Under the pieces are notes generated by a model. It did no database searches. It had not been told where the DNA came from and was given only the letters and a program-made list of their open reading frames with translations. 32,000 bases of DNA from Pseudoalteromonas tetraodonis. GTDB lineage: Bacteria; Pseudomonadota; Gammaproteobacteria; Enterobacterales; Alteromonadaceae. Location: NCBI RefSeq assembly GCF_002310835.1, contig NZ_CP011041.1, forward strand, positions 960,001 to 992,000, given 5' to 3'. A program made the translations under genes and the position numbers. Below are positions 24,581 to 32,000 of the stretch, piece by piece; positions within the stretch are counted from its first letter, which is position 1; every line of letters starts with the position of its first letter.

Positions 24581-25303
24581 ATGATGCTGCAAGAGGAGTG
24601 GGGCGAGCTAGTCACCGAGCCGCCAGTGATATTCACACCGCAAAAAGAGACGCAACTATTATCGCAGTACGCTTTTTTAGTTAATAGAGCGGCTGCGCAT
24701 ATGCGCACTCAAGTAGGCGTTATTGTTGATAACGATGATATTTATCAAATAGGCATTATTGCCTTGCTGTCGTCTATTCGTCGCTATGGCCGCGACTTAG
24801 ATGAAAAGTTTGCTGCATTTGCGTTTAAGCGTATTCGTGGAGCCATGCTAGATGAATTTCGACGTGTTGATTGGCGACCGCGTCAACTAAGGCAGCAGTC
24901 TCATCAGCTTCGTGATATGAGCCGCTCACTTCAAAAGCAGCTTGGTCGTGATGCAACAGACACCGAAATGTGTGAAGCATTAGGCATAAGCCATAAAGAG
25001 CTTATTCAACTGCACTACAGTGAGCAAGCCGAGGCATTTGATAGCCTTGAAGCGCTATTAGAAGCTAACCCTAATTTAGCGCTTACCAGTGCCCATACAC
25101 ACGACAAAGAAGAGACAGCAGCTACGCTAAAAGCGGCCATGAGCAAGCTCAATACCCGAGAAAAGCTGCTCTTACAATTGTATTACATGCACGAAATGAA
25201 TATGAAAGAAATAGCATTAACACTCGATTTAACAGAGGCACGTGTTTGCCAACTTCATAAACAAGCACTTGAAGCGCTCACACAAGCGCTTCAAAAAATC
25301 TAA
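24581..25303 (+). CDS. fliA: Flagellar sigma-28 factor FliA (lateral-type, LafS-like)
   Basis: Region 2 (DIYQIGIIALLSSIRRYG...FAAFAFKRIRGAMLDEFRR), region 3 and region 4 HTH (MKEIALTLDLTEARVCQLHKQAL) are those of a sigma-70-family group 3 factor. The position before motAB matches lateral systems. Confidence 0.9.
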   Translation: MMLQEEWGELVTEPPVIFTPQKETQLLSQYAFLVNRAAAHMRTQVGVIVDNDDIYQIGIIALLSSIRRYGRDLDEKFAAFAFKRIRGAMLDEFRRVDWRPRQLRQQSHQLRDMSRSLQKQLGRDATDTEMCEALGISHKELIQLHYSEQAEAFDSLEALLEANPNLALTSAHTHDKEETAATLKAAMSKLNTREKLLLQLYYMHEMNMKEIALTLDLTEARVCQLHKQALEALTQALQKI

Positions 25304-25320
25304 TACCTAAGGAATAAAGA

Positions 25321-26184
25321 ATGCAAAGAGTTATAGGGTTAATAGTGGTACTTGCAACAGTATTAGGTGGTTTTGCGTTTGCCGGCGGTAACATTGCCAC
25401 TATGTGGCAGCCATACGAATTTTTAATCATTTTTGGCGCTGGCTTAGGAGCGCTAATTGTGGGTAATTCAAAATATGTACTGACAGAAATGCTATCGCAA
25501 TTAAAGTATCAATTTATTAGTGGTAAAGGAACCGATACCTCTGAGCTTTACCACGACCTGCTACTGGTTATTTACTCTTTATTAGATTTAGCCAGAGTGA
25601 AAGGCATAAAGGGCCTAGATGAGCATGTTGAAAACCCCGAAACCAGCTCTATTTTTCTTGCCTACCCAAAAGTATATGAGTTCCCCCAATTAGTCACTTT
25701 TATTTGCGATAACTTACGTTTGTTTAGTATGGGAAAAATCAACTCGCATGATTTTGATGCCATGTTAGAGCAAGAAATTTACACCATTGAAGAGCAGCGC
25801 CTGAAGCCATCTCACTCACTGGCTAATATTGCTGAAGCTATGCCCGGTTTTGGTATTTTGGCTGCGGTAGGCGGCATTATTATCACCATGCAACACTTAG
25901 ATGGGCCTTTAAGTGAAATTGGCTACCATGTAGCAGCCGCGCTAGTAGGAACCTTTATTGGTATTTTTGCCTGTTATTGTTTAATTGCACCGCTTGCTTC
26001 TGCGATGGAGCAGTATGTAAAAAAACAAGTGGCAATGTTTGAGTGTGTGCGTGCCATGTTAGTGGCTCATGCCAAGGGCCACGTGCCAATTGTGGCGACT
26101 GATTCAGGCCGAAAATTAATTAATGAAGAAATTAAACCGACCTTTACCACCATGGAAGAGTGGATCACTAACAAGGCGGCTTAA
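25321..26184 (+). CDS. motA: Stator protein MotA
   Basis: 287 aa with four TM segments. AMPGFGILAAVGGIIITM and the cytoplasmic loop are typical of MotA/LafT. Confidence 0.9.
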   Translation: MQRVIGLIVVLATVLGGFAFAGGNIATMWQPYEFLIIFGAGLGALIVGNSKYVLTEMLSQLKYQFISGKGTDTSELYHDLLLVIYSLLDLARVKGIKGLDEHVENPETSSIFLAYPKVYEFPQLVTFICDNLRLFSMGKINSHDFDAMLEQEIYTIEEQRLKPSHSLANIAEAMPGFGILAAVGGIIITMQHLDGPLSEIGYHVAAALVGTFIGIFACYCLIAPLASAMEQYVKKQVAMFECVRAMLVAHAKGHVPIVATDSGRKLINEEIKPTFTTMEEWITNKAA

Positions 26185-27182
26185 TGATGGAAAACAAAAA
26201 TCAAGAAATCGTCATCAAACGCTCTCGTAGAAGAGCAACCGAAAAGCCTCATGGTGGTGCTTGGAAGGTTGCCTTTGCCGATTTTACTTTGGCGATGATG
26301 GCGTTTTTTATGGTGATGTGGATCATGGCGATCACCAATGAATCTGAGCGTGAAGAAATAGCACACTATATGCGAACTCACTCAATTTTTGATGGTGGCC
26401 CCGCTATTTTTGATCCTCAAAACAGCCCATTCCCCGTTGATTTAGGGGGATCTCCTTCTGTAATTAAGCACTTAGAGTCGGGAATTACGCCTCCGGACTC
26501 TCCAAAACCTGGAATGAGTGAAGTATTACAAGTGCCCGATGGCACCGTTGAGCCTAAAGCTGGGCAAGGCGAGAAGTTAAATTCAGCCATTGATAGCCAA
26601 TTTGAAGCTTCATCTGAGCTGAGCTTATTACTGGAAAGTATTGATGAACTCAGTAAAGAAGAGTTACTAAAAAATAACTTACTAGTTGAAGAAGTGCCCT
26701 TGGGGCTCAGAGTGATCATTAGAGACGACAAGCACCACCAAATGTTTGAACGCTCAAAGTCGCAAATGACTCCGTTTTTTGAAGATCTGTTTTTATACCT
26801 TGGCGGCTTAGTAAAAGACATTAATAACAAAATTATTATTTCTGGGCACAGCGACGCCAGCCTATTTATTGATGGTAGCTCTCGTAATTGGGATATTTCT
26901 GGCGATAGGGCGCAACAGGCCAGAAAAGTGATGACCATGGGCGGAATGCCATCAAGCCAAGTGTTGCAAGTAAATGCATTCTCCTCTAATCGACCACTGA
27001 ACAAAGAAAACCAAAAAGCCAGTGAAAACAGACGGGTTGAACTACTTATTTTAACTAAAGATGCAGAGGGAAAATTTAATCAGTTGTTTGATGATAGCAA
27101 TATTAATAACCCAGTAAAAAAATCTGCCAGTGCGGCAACTGCTAATAAACCTGTGCTACGCCTTGAAGAGAATTATGAGTAA
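26184..27182 (+). CDS. motB: Stator protein MotB with OmpA-like peptidoglycan-binding domain
   Basis: GGAWKVAFADFTLAMMAFFMVMW contains the conserved channel Asp. C-terminal ISGHSDA...GDRAQQARKVM...NRRVELLI is OmpA-like. Its start overlaps the motA stop (TAATG). Confidence 0.9.
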   Translation: MMENKNQEIVIKRSRRRATEKPHGGAWKVAFADFTLAMMAFFMVMWIMAITNESEREEIAHYMRTHSIFDGGPAIFDPQNSPFPVDLGGSPSVIKHLESGITPPDSPKPGMSEVLQVPDGTVEPKAGQGEKLNSAIDSQFEASSELSLLLESIDELSKEELLKNNLLVEEVPLGLRVIIRDDKHHQMFERSKSQMTPFFEDLFLYLGGLVKDINNKIIISGHSDASLFIDGSSRNWDISGDRAQQARKVMTMGGMPSSQVLQVNAFSSNRPLNKENQKASENRRVELLILTKDAEGKFNQLFDDSNINNPVKKSASAATANKPVLRLEENYE

Positions 27183-27576
27183 CCAATCAGAAACTAAACG
27201 AAGTTACAAAAGATGGAATTTAAACCTCAAAGATAATTACGAGCCAGAGTCAGTTCAGCTTGGCGGGGTGGGCGTACAGTTACTTCGCCGCTGCTTTATT
27301 GATATTCCACTTTGTCATGGCGTTGCAAAAGACATTAGCGTGGGTGGTGTGGGTTTATTAGTGCCTGCTGAAAAGGCTATTCCTGACAAATTTATTGTGG
27401 TTTTTGATAAAGCCAATCGATTGACTGGCAAGGTAACGTACCGCCGCGAAGTAAGTGACAAGTTAGTGTTTTTAGGGGTTGAGTGGATAAGTAAAAATGA
27501 GCGCCTACGCAGCGATATAGTTAACCATTTACAGTTACAAGCCCAATTAAAAAAAGCAAAAAAAACCAATGCATAG
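27175..27576 (+). CDS. Stand-alone PilZ-domain (c-di-GMP receptor) protein, 133 aa
   Basis: I prefer ATG 27175 (GAAGAG upstream), which overlaps the motB stop by 8 nt. Both PilZ signatures are present: RSYKR (RxxxR) at residues 9-13 and DISVGG (DxSxxG) ~40 residues later. Confidence 0.8.
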   Translation: MSNQSETKRSYKRWNLNLKDNYEPESVQLGGVGVQLLRRCFIDIPLCHGVAKDISVGGVGLLVPAEKAIPDKFIVVFDKANRLTGKVTYRREVSDKLVFLGVEWISKNERLRSDIVNHLQLQAQLKKAKKTNA

Positions 27577-27609
27577 GCAACATAGAAATGAATCAGGAAA
27601 TACAGTGAT

Positions 27610-28515
27610 ATGAGTAAAACGTTAAGCGCTAAAGCAAAGTTAATTAAAGCGAAAGATTCTGAGCATATTACTCCATTTGCACTAACGCTAGAGCAAAGAG
27701 CCTACGAACACGCGCAGCAAAAAGCAGCGCAAATAAACGTCAATATTCGTAAAGCATTGGAGTTAGAACTTGCCCAATTATTTAACGACAGCCGCTTTGA
27801 TGTAGAAATTTCGCCTTGTTCGCATTCAACCATTAATAGTTGGTTTAAAGAATCGCCTAGAATATTTCTTGCCTGTCCTTTATTTGCACCCACTCAAGGC
27901 GAAGCTTTCTTAGCGCTTGATTTTCAAAGTGCTCATAAAACAGCTGATTTATGTTTAGGCGGGCAATTCAATAATTCAGATAATTCAAGCCACGATTACT
28001 CGCCTACCACGAATGAATTGAGTGCAACAGAGAGCCGTATTTGTGGCCGTTTATTACAACGCCAAGTGCAAGGTATTCAGGGCTTATTATTTAGAGAACG
28101 CTCTGCGCTATTAGGTGAAATACAAAAATCACATGCTTTACCAGAAGCATTACAATATTTGGCTTTTAAAGTGCGGTTTATATTAGAAAGCCAAGTAATA
28201 AGTTGGTTTTTATGGCTACCAATTAGCTTTTTTTGCGCAGCCGATAGCGAGCAAGACCCAGCAAGTAGCGACACACTCAATACCGATATGTGGGCACAGT
28301 TTGCAGTGCAAGGCCAAATTGAAATGGCGAAGAAAAAAGTCACATTAAAACAACTAAAAGCCTGTGTTGCTGGCGGTGTCTTACCGATTGAGCTTAATGA
28401 AGCGGCGCTATTTAATCTAGGGCATAAACAAATATTTAAAGGCCAAGTCGTTGAGCAAGAGGCTGGCTTAGCATTTCAAATCACACAATTATCAAACAAT
28501 ACAACGAGTAATTAA
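27610..28515 (+). CDS. fliM: Switch protein FliM, N-terminally short variant (301 aa)
   Basis: The middle domain with ADLCLGGQF...ELSATESRI (FliM GGxG region) and a C-terminal SpoA-like segment are present. An in-frame TGA at 27589-27591 excludes any upstream extension. No LSQxEIDxLL-type peptide is present. Confidence 0.82.
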   Translation: MSKTLSAKAKLIKAKDSEHITPFALTLEQRAYEHAQQKAAQINVNIRKALELELAQLFNDSRFDVEISPCSHSTINSWFKESPRIFLACPLFAPTQGEAFLALDFQSAHKTADLCLGGQFNNSDNSSHDYSPTTNELSATESRICGRLLQRQVQGIQGLLFRERSALLGEIQKSHALPEALQYLAFKVRFILESQVISWFLWLPISFFCAADSEQDPASSDTLNTDMWAQFAVQGQIEMAKKKVTLKQLKACVAGGVLPIELNEAALFNLGHKQIFKGQVVEQEAGLAFQITQLSNNTTSN

Positions 28516-28518
28516 ATT

Positions 28519-28851
28519 ATGAACGAAAACCTTGATAGTGCCTTAGCGGGCTTAGAGCTGGATGCTTTTGATGGATTTGATGATAAATCTGCTAATAAAA
28601 CGAACGAAGGCAGTATGTCATTTTTTCAAGACGTTCCTTTGTTAGTGACTCTTGAAGTTGCAAGTACTGAAATTACCTTAGGCGAGCTTAGCCAAGCCAA
28701 AGAAGGCGACGTGCTTAAACTAGATAAAGTAGCCGGCGAAGCGCTTGATGTAAAAGTGAATGGGGTGTTTTTTGCTAAAGCAGAAGTCGTGATGGTTGAA
28801 GGGCAGTATGGTTTGAAATTTGCTCAAACAGATACCGCAAAGGATCAGTAA
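28519..28851 (+). CDS. fliN: Switch protein FliN
   Basis: The SpoA domain is VPLLVTLEVASTEITLGELSQAKEGDVLKLDKVAGEALDVKVNGVFFAKAEVVMVEGQYGLKF. Confidence 0.92.
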   Translation: MNENLDSALAGLELDAFDGFDDKSANKTNEGSMSFFQDVPLLVTLEVASTEITLGELSQAKEGDVLKLDKVAGEALDVKVNGVFFAKAEVVMVEGQYGLKFAQTDTAKDQ

Positions 28852-28855
28852 AAAA

Positions 28856-29608
28856 ATGAATAAACGCGTAATTTTTAAAGTTAGCCTACTGTTGATCATG
28901 TTGTTTATACCAAGCTGGCTAAATGCAGAAGAACTTACGCTGTTTTCGCTAAAAGATACGGCCGACGGACAAGACTATAGCGTTAAACTGCAAATACTTT
29001 TGTTAATGACGGTATTGAGCTTATTACCTGCGCTATTAATGGTTTTAACGTCTTTTACGAGGATTATCATTGTATTGGCGATTTTACGCCAAGCAATGGG
29101 GTTACAACAAAGCCCGCCGAATAAAATTTTAATTGGCATCTCACTGATGCTCACCATGTTGATTATGCGACCGGTTTGGCAAGATATTTATCAAAACGCG
29201 TATACGCCTTTTCAGCAGCAAACCATAGGATTAGAAGACGCTTTACTCACCGCTGAAAAGCCTTTACGTGCTTTTATGCTCAGACAAACCCGTGAAAGTG
29301 AGTTGCGCCAAGTGCTACTAATTGCCAATGAGCCAACGACACTCACCGCCGAAGAAATTCCGTTTGAAGTGTTAATGCCTGCGTTTGTATTAAGTGAGCT
29401 TACTACCGCTTTTCAAATTGGCTTTATGTTGTTTATTCCTTTTTTAATTATTGACTTAGTGGTCAGTAGTGTATTGATGTCTATGGGTATGATGATGCTA
29501 TCGCCGCTGATCATTAGTTTACCGTTTAAGCTCATGGTGTTTGTACTTGCCGATGGCTGGTCAATGATAGCGGGTACACTGGCGGCTACATTTGGAATGT
29601 CACCATGA
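28856..29608 (+). CDS. fliP: Export gate protein FliP
   Basis: I prefer ATG 28856, just after the fliN stop. A signal-like N-terminus is followed by LLLMTVLSLLPALLMVLTSFTRIIIVLAILRQAMGLQQSPPNKIL, the canonical FliP pattern. Confidence 0.93.
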   Translation: MNKRVIFKVSLLLIMLFIPSWLNAEELTLFSLKDTADGQDYSVKLQILLLMTVLSLLPALLMVLTSFTRIIIVLAILRQAMGLQQSPPNKILIGISLMLTMLIMRPVWQDIYQNAYTPFQQQTIGLEDALLTAEKPLRAFMLRQTRESELRQVLLIANEPTTLTAEEIPFEVLMPAFVLSELTTAFQIGFMLFIPFLIIDLVVSSVLMSMGMMMLSPLIISLPFKLMVFVLADGWSMIAGTLAATFGMSP

Positions 29609-29874
29609 CCCCAGAAATGTCGGTAGAGCTTATTTCAAGCGCAGTTTACACCATCATCAAGCTCATTTTAGTGCTTATTGTACCCGGATTATTGTTGGGT
29701 ATTGTGGTCGCCATTATTCAAGGTGCTACTTCTATCCAAGAGCAAACTCTGACGTTTTTACCCCGTATGTTATTAACCTTGTTAATGGTGGTATTTGCAG
29801 GCCATTGGATGCTACAAATTTTGATTGATTGGTTTGATAAGCTCAAATTTATGTTACCTGGGGTATTTGGTTGA
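29605..29874 (+). CDS. fliQ: Export gate protein FliQ
   Basis: 89 aa with two TM helices. Its start overlaps the fliP stop (ATGA). Confidence 0.92.
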   Translation: MTPEMSVELISSAVYTIIKLILVLIVPGLLLGIVVAIIQGATSIQEQTLTFLPRMLLTLLMVVFAGHWMLQILIDWFDKLKFMLPGVFG

Positions 29875-30650
29875 GCTCATTACTCTCTTTAACGTCTACT
29901 GATTTAGTCAGCTGGATGGGCACGCTTTGGTGGCCATTTGTGCGTTTTTCTGCACTTTTATGGTCTATGCCGGTATTTGATAATCCGGCGGTAACGCCGC
30001 GCTCTCGTATTTTAGTGTCTATGATGTTGGCTTTTTTAGTCGCCCCGCAGTTACCGCTAGCCCCTGCTATTGACTTATTTTCTTTGGATGCGGTCATTTT
30101 AACGTTCGAACAAATCATTTTTGGGGTGATGATGGGGCTATCACTGCGCATCTTGTTTGAAGTGATGGCGATGATAGGGCTGATTTTATCCATGCAAATG
30201 GGTTTGTCGATGGCGCTTGTTATGGACCCAGGCAGCGGTAATCAAGTTGCCCTGTTAGGGCAATTATTTTGGATTATGTGTGCCTTATTATTTTTTGCTG
30301 TTGATGGCCACCTGATAACTCTACAAGTTATGGTGGAGAGTTTTCATAGTTTTCCGATTGGGCGCAGTATTTATGAGTTTGATATTCAATCGATCATTAT
30401 GCTATTTGCGTGGATGTTCTCCTCTGCTTTACTGCTTTCGCTACCAGGAATAGTCGCCATGTTATTGGTTAACTTAACCTTTGGTGTGGCAAGTAGAGCA
30501 GCGCCGTCATTGAATATTTTTGTATTGGGTTTTCCTATGTCGCTGTTGATGGGCTTTTTCTGTGTATTTATGACCTTAGAGTACACTGGAAGTGCGTTTT
30601 CAAGGCTAACGTATTATGTGCTAACAACCTTTGCACAGGCGATGAGGTAG
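29871..30650 (+). CDS. fliR: Export gate protein FliR
   Basis: 259-aa polytopic protein. WPFVRFSALLWSMPVF and PGIVAMLLVNLTFGVASRAAPSLNIF are FliR motifs. It has a TTG start overlapping the fliQ stop (TTGA). Confidence 0.88.
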   Translation: MSSLLSLTSTDLVSWMGTLWWPFVRFSALLWSMPVFDNPAVTPRSRILVSMMLAFLVAPQLPLAPAIDLFSLDAVILTFEQIIFGVMMGLSLRILFEVMAMIGLILSMQMGLSMALVMDPGSGNQVALLGQLFWIMCALLFFAVDGHLITLQVMVESFHSFPIGRSIYEFDIQSIIMLFAWMFSSALLLSLPGIVAMLLVNLTFGVASRAAPSLNIFVLGFPMSLLMGFFCVFMTLEYTGSAFSRLTYYVLTTFAQAMR

Positions 30651-30654
30651 CGAT

Positions 30655-31785
30655 ATGTCTCAAAATAGCTCGCAAGAAAAAACAGAACAACCCACAGAAA
30701 AACGGCTAAAAAAAGCCAAAGAAGACGGCCAAGTTGCGCGCTCAAAAGAGCTTAACACCGCTATTTTATTAATGGTTAGTATTGCTGGGCTATTGTGGTT
30801 TGCCAATTTATTTTACAGCTTATTTGTTAACTTAATGAACAGTACCATGGTGCTGGATCACACAATTATAAATAACAAAAAAATGATGCCCATCGCATTG
30901 AGTGACGCCATTATGAATATGCTGTCGACCCTTACGCCGTTTTTATTATTAAGCTTTTGCGCAATGTGGATCACTGGGTGTTTACCGGGTGGGTTTGTGT
31001 TTTCAAAAAAACTGGTCGCACTAAAAATGAGCAAGCTCAACCCATTAACCGGGTTAGGCAAAATGTTTGGTAAACAGTCGTTAGTTGAGCTGCTTAAATC
31101 GATATTAAAAATAACCTTACTGGCGATTTGCTTATATACCTTTTTAACCAAGCTGTGGATGCAGCTGATGATGTTACAAAACTTAGATATCAAAGTGGCG
31201 ATAGGCCAAGGTATTGAGCTGTTATTTTTATCATTAATGATCACGGTAACTTTGCTGCTTTTTATTGCGGTTATTGATGTGCCTTTTCAGCAAAAACAGA
31301 TTGCTGATAAAATAAAAATGACCCACCAAGAAGTAAAAGAAGAGCGTAAATCTTCAGACGGTAGCCCTGAGATAAAAAATAAAATTCGGCAAATACAATA
31401 TCAGCAATCAAACCGAAAAATTGAAGAGCGTGTTCCCACTGCCGATGTCATTGTCACCAATCCAACTCATTATGCTGTGGCAATAAAGTACAGTGAAGAG
31501 GCAGCTAAAGCCCCTTATGTTGTCGCCAAAGGCGTGGATGAAATGGCGCTGAGAATACGCGAAGTGGCCCGTATGAATAACAAAGAAATTATAGAAATCC
31601 CTGCATTAGCACGGGCTATTTATTTTTCGACCCGGGTCGACCAAGAAGTGCCTAACGGCTTATACAGTGCGGTTGCCTATGTACTGACCTACGTATTGCA
31701 ACTAAAAGCATACAAGCAAGGGCGTGGGCAAGCACCCGCAGCCTTACCTGAATTAACAATCCCTAAAAACTTACAGAAACCTTAG
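30655..31785 (+). CDS. flhB: Export switch protein FlhB
   Basis: EKTEQPTEKRLKKAKEDGQVARSKEL at the N-terminus. The autocleavage motif NPTH is in VIVTNPTHYAVAIKY. Confidence 0.95.
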   Translation: MSQNSSQEKTEQPTEKRLKKAKEDGQVARSKELNTAILLMVSIAGLLWFANLFYSLFVNLMNSTMVLDHTIINNKKMMPIALSDAIMNMLSTLTPFLLLSFCAMWITGCLPGGFVFSKKLVALKMSKLNPLTGLGKMFGKQSLVELLKSILKITLLAICLYTFLTKLWMQLMMLQNLDIKVAIGQGIELLFLSLMITVTLLLFIAVIDVPFQQKQIADKIKMTHQEVKEERKSSDGSPEIKNKIRQIQYQQSNRKIEERVPTADVIVTNPTHYAVAIKYSEEAAKAPYVVAKGVDEMALRIREVARMNNKEIIEIPALARAIYFSTRVDQEVPNGLYSAVAYVLTYVLQLKAYKQGRGQAPAALPELTIPKNLQKP

Positions 31786-31801
31786 ATGTTGGAGTTATAA
31801 T

Positions 31802-32000
31802 TTGAACTGGCGCAGTTTTACTCAACCTTACACCGCTATTCCTATTTTGCTGTTAGCTGTTTTGTCGATGGTTATTTTGCCATTACCAGGATGGCTATTA
31901 GATGCATTATTCACTTTTAACATTGTATTGTCGGTGATTGTATTGTTAGTGGCGGTATCTACTAAAAAGCCGCTCGATTTTTCTGTATTTCCGACTATTT
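31802..32000 (+). CDS. flhA: Export apparatus protein FlhA, N-terminal fragment (continues beyond window)
   Basis: TTG 31802 lies 7 nt after GGAG. My own translation LNWRSFTQPYTAIPILLLAVLSMVILPLPGWLLDALFTFNIVLSVIVLLVAVSTKKPLDFSVFPTI matches the FlhA N-terminal TM region (ILPLP...LDxLFTFNIxLS...FPT). It is not in the ORF track because it is truncated. Confidence 0.85.
   Translation, partial: MNWRSFTQPYTAIPILLLAVLSMVILPLPGWLLDALFTFNIVLSVIVLLVAVSTKKPLDFSVFPTI

Noticed and set aside
26181-26381. His-rich 66-aa minus-strand ORF at the motA/motB junction
   Set aside because: It is antisense to the conserved MotB TM/plug region. The His/Lys run is the reverse reading of the MMAFFMVMW codons.
27130-27174. 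Longer PilZ ORF starting at 27130 inside motB
   Set aside because: It would overlap motB by 53 nt with no RBS. ATG 27175 follows GAAGAG and gives a typical compact PilZ domain.
25321-27182. MotA/MotB homologues as a possible Zorya-type (ZorAB) anti-phage module
   Set aside because: They are normal-sized MotA (287 aa) and MotB (332 aa, OmpA-like C-terminus). They are embedded between fliA/fliL and fliM/fliN with overlapping start/stop codons. ZorA has a long C-terminal tail, and ZorC/ZorD-type partners are absent.
29592-29828. 78-aa plus-strand ORF overlapping fliQ in another frame
   Set aside because: fliQ in the adjacent frame has the canonical two-TM 89-aa product coupled to fliP and fliR. 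The alternative frame gives a His/Arg/Tyr-rich nonsense-like peptide.
28856-32000. FliPQR-FlhBA as a virulence type III secretion injectisome
   Set aside because: The same locus encodes flagellin, hook, rod, L/P rings, FliD, FliK and the stator. No secretin, needle, translocon or effector/chaperone genes are present.
1-32000. CRISPR arrays, tRNA/rRNA genes, IS elements, integrases, prophage modules
   Set aside because: I saw no regularly spaced short repeats, no cloverleaf-like or rRNA-like segments, and no transposase, integrase or phage structural ORFs in the six-frame track or on reading the intergenic regions.

Overview
This window looks like a ~40% GC marine gammaproteobacterial chromosome (Alteromonadales/Vibrionales style); the taxon is my inference and is not verified.

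- **1-438:** 3' end of metH.
- **~540-5250, low-GC accessory stretch:**
  - two orphan genes (689-2377);
  - a YgeA-type Asp/Glu racemase gene;
  - a ~1.9 kb two-gene cassette: a small orphan protein plus a class-3 lipase / alpha-beta hydrolase with an extra C-terminal domain. It is bracketed by 101-bp direct repeats that duplicate a bidirectional terminator and the last 12 codons of the adjacent csbD-like gene. No integrase or transposase is visible.
- **5209-7260:** a csbD-like gene and a 505-aa polytopic permease.
- **7768 to the window end:** a contiguous, apparently intact secondary (lateral / Flag-2-type) flagellar locus.
  - Gene order: flgN-flgM-flgA on the minus strand, then on the plus strand flgBCDEFGHIJKL, an orphan 341-aa gene, a single short flagellin, fliD, fliS, a fliT-position gene, fliK, fliL, fliA, motA, motB, a stand-alone PilZ gene, fliM, fliN, fliP, fliQ, fliR, flhB and the start of flhA.
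  - fliEFGHIJ and a sigma-54 activator (LafK type) are not in the window and presumably lie downstream.

Most noteworthy:
- the repeat-bracketed lipase cassette;
- the PilZ gene translationally coupled to motB;
- a FliM with no room for the N-terminal CheY-P-binding peptide;
- a rod-binding-only FlgJ;
- the orphan gene between flgL and the flagellin;
- a bipartite motif (AAAAGTT-N17-GGTCGCT) shared by the flgM and flagellin upstream regions;
- two sigma-54-like -24/-12 elements.

I saw no rRNA, tRNA, CRISPR, IS, transposase or integrase. All homology statements come from my recall of protein families, not from searches.
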